Positions 35,669 to 37,118 of a stretch of 37,118 bases of DNA are shown one piece after another; position 1 is the stretch's first letter, and every line of letters starts with the position of its first letter. A program made the translations under genes and the position numbers. The DNA lies in IMG/VR virus record IMGVR_UViG_3300028633_000001, positions 1 to 37,118 of that record, one strand, 5' to 3'. This DNA comes from a virus. Lineage: Duplodnaviria; Caudoviricetes. The notes under the pieces are model-generated. The model did no database searches and was not told the origin of the DNA. It worked only from the letters and a program-made list of their open reading frames with translations.

Positions 35669-36070
35669 AACAGAGGTGTTTTATATGTACATCAGTTTGT
35701 GGACACTTATAAGTGTACACAGAACGATGTGCAGGTGACAACGGACGAAAAAAGTGAATTTATAGGTGTAACAGGGTAGGGTTTAATGTACACAAAAAAA
35801 GTGAATGGCCACTGTTTCGGTTGTGGACACTTGAGGTACTACTATTCTTTAGAATTTATATGCAAATATACGTGTAAATTTATAATTAATAGGTTTGTGG
35901 AAGTGTACACAAAATAGGCCGTGACGGGTGACGATCCATAAATATTGATGTAACAGAGGTAGAAGCTATTGACAGAGTAGTAACAACATTATAGTTCTAT
36001 GTCATAAAATGGCGCTTTTACGACATAGATGTACAATGTATATGTATAACTGTCAAGAGCTAACAGAGGT
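35669..36070. repeat. AT-rich non-coding region with interspersed short direct repeats (candidate origin or packaging region)
   Basis: TTGTGGACACTT x2, AAGTGTACACA x2, AAAAAAGTGAAT x2, AACAGAGGT x3. Confidence 0.7.
35997..36028. other. 13-6-13 inverted repeat, tyrosine-recombinase-type (dif/lox-like) site candidate
   Basis: ctatgtcataaaa-tggcgc-ttttacgacatag, 12 of 13 positions symmetric. Confidence 0.5.
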
Positions 36071-36232
36071 GAGAGGCTTGAGGGGTGGGGTGGGTAGGAC
36101 AGGCACGACACAAGATGGGCAGTCTGTCAAGAATGGGAGGGGGGGAGGGTAGTGCGGTTGATTCGTCAGCGCCTATATGCGTCCCGTACTCACTTTTTTT
36201 AAAATTTTTGCAAATATATTACAACACTTCCT

Positions 36233-36260
36233 ATCATATGCGTCAATACCTGCATATGAT
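36233..36260. promoter_or_regulatory. Operator-like inverted repeat over divergent promoters
   Basis: atcatatgc-N10-gcatatgat overlapping a minus-strand TTGACG-17-TGTAAT and abutting a plus-strand TGCTACAAT. Confidence 0.55.
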
Positions 36261-36274
36261 GCTACAATGATTTC

Positions 36275-36397
36275 ATGGCTAACCACAAACGACATCGCAA
36301 TAAATCCCGACGATCGGGCTGTCTCTACTGCAAACCTCACAAAGCTCAAGGCAATTCTCGACACGCAACGAAGCCGAAATATCGCGTGCTACAATAA
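36275..36397 (+). CDS. 40-aa basic CxxC peptide MANHKRHRNKSRRSGCLYCKPHKAQG..., leaderless; not in ORF track
   Basis: ATG 6 nt after TGCTACAAT; GCLYCKPHK motif. Confidence 0.65.
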   Translation: MANHKRHRNKSRRSGCLYCKPHKAQGNSRHATKPKYRVLQ

Positions 36398-36675
36398 CGA
36401 AGATCGTATGAGCGCCTCGGGCAACCAGGGGGAGTACCAACTTGGCTCATGCGGTCTTTTTGTTATACTGACTTTAAGTGAGGGCGTGGATTCTCCTTTC
36501 ACAATCGAACGTAACAGTAAAATCGTGGGGGTTTTTGGGTTTTGCACTGTTTCCCCGGGTTTACCCCACGTAATACCGGCTGACGTGCGCCCCACCCATC
36601 CATGTAATTATTTCGCTTGATATTTTCAAATCACGGTCTATAATCGGCCGAGTAAACCATAAGCGGGGGAATCAA

Positions 36676-36924
36676 ATGTCAGACGGAGCAAGCAGAGAAA
36701 TGACACTAGAGGAACAACTAATCGATCACAGATATCTCATGTCGAAAGAACTGAAATATCTGAAGGTCACGACTGGCAAGGCAGAACCACCAGTCGTCCA
36801 AGAAATAGTTTTAGCGCAACGTGATCTCGAGAGCGCTCGTATGCGACTGGGTGTCGCCTTGACTCTACTCAAAGATGACGATCCGTTCGCGCAGGACGAA
36901 CCTGCCGTCAGAAGCGAAGCGTAA
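36676..36924 (+). CDS. Hypothetical helical protein, 82 aa
   Basis: TATAAT and GGGGGA RBS upstream. Confidence 0.7.
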   Translation: MSDGASREMTLEEQLIDHRYLMSKELKYLKVTTGKAEPPVVQEIVLAQRDLESARMRLGVALTLLKDDDPFAQDEPAVRSEA

Positions 36925-36982
36925 CAAAAAATTGCCGACCCGCGCCTGAAATCTATGGCGAGCAGTATAGGCAGAACTACGA

Positions 36983-37010
36983 AAAGGGCTTGTATTTAGC
37001 GAGCCTTTCT
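36983..37010 (+). terminator. Hairpin/terminator spanning the circular junction
   Basis: aagggcttg-tatttag-cgagccttt, 9-bp stem with G-U pairs. Confidence 0.5.
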
Positions 37011-37118
37011 GCTATTGTTTAATTACTATGCAAGATACAACAGATCAACCGAATACTCTCCTCCGAACGCCTATAATTACACCTATCAGTATTTTTGCGA
37101 ATGGACATGGTTTCACGA
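36992..37118 (+). repeat. Direct terminal repeat, right copy
   Basis: Identical to 1-127. Confidence 0.97.

Noticed and set aside
35669-36070. CRISPR or mini-array
   Set aside because: Repeats are 9-12 bp, of several types and irregularly spaced; no cas genes
36177-36620. 147-aa ORF in the control region
   Set aside because: Runs through promoters and hairpins, lacks RBS; a leaderless 40-aa ORF and RNA structures explain the region better
36930-36990. Riboswitch or ribozyme upstream of the deacetylase
   Set aside because: Only short stems (cgcc/ggcg, tgcc/ggca); no recognisable family consensus
1-37118. Stop-codon reassignment
   Set aside because: Core genes are intact in the standard code and TAA, TAG and TGA all act as stops

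Overview
The window is an apparently complete circular or circularly permuted tailed-phage genome of about 36,991 bp; bases 1-127 recur exactly at 36992-37118, which looks like an assembly overlap. Gene content suggests a P22/podovirus-like virion: two ejection-type proteins, adaptor, nozzle, portal, scaffold, HK97-fold capsid and a LamG tail fibre, with no tape measure. The + strand also carries a standalone CE4 polysaccharide deacetylase, an SF3 helicase, a VRR-NUC nuclease, a Tad2/DUF2829 protein and a CHAP lysis cassette with four membrane proteins. A minus-strand early block at 24.3-35.5 kb holds Sak4, SSB, YqaJ exonuclease, ParB-like, SNF2-like, HAD and RHH genes. No integrase, DNA polymerase, primase domain, tRNA or CRISPR array was recognised. 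Unusual points: TerL is alone on the opposite strand; the 1691-aa virion protein contains FtsZ-tail-like peptides; a 28-aa peptide resembles a clamp-binding motif; there is a 13-6-13 recombinase-type site without a recombinase; there are several structured non-coding RNA candidates, leaderless extended -10 promoters, a recurrent intergenic 10-14-mer and quasi-periodic GC-rich patches. All protein calls come from motifs and synteny read by eye, not database searches. A Patescibacteria/Saccharibacteria-type host is only an inference.
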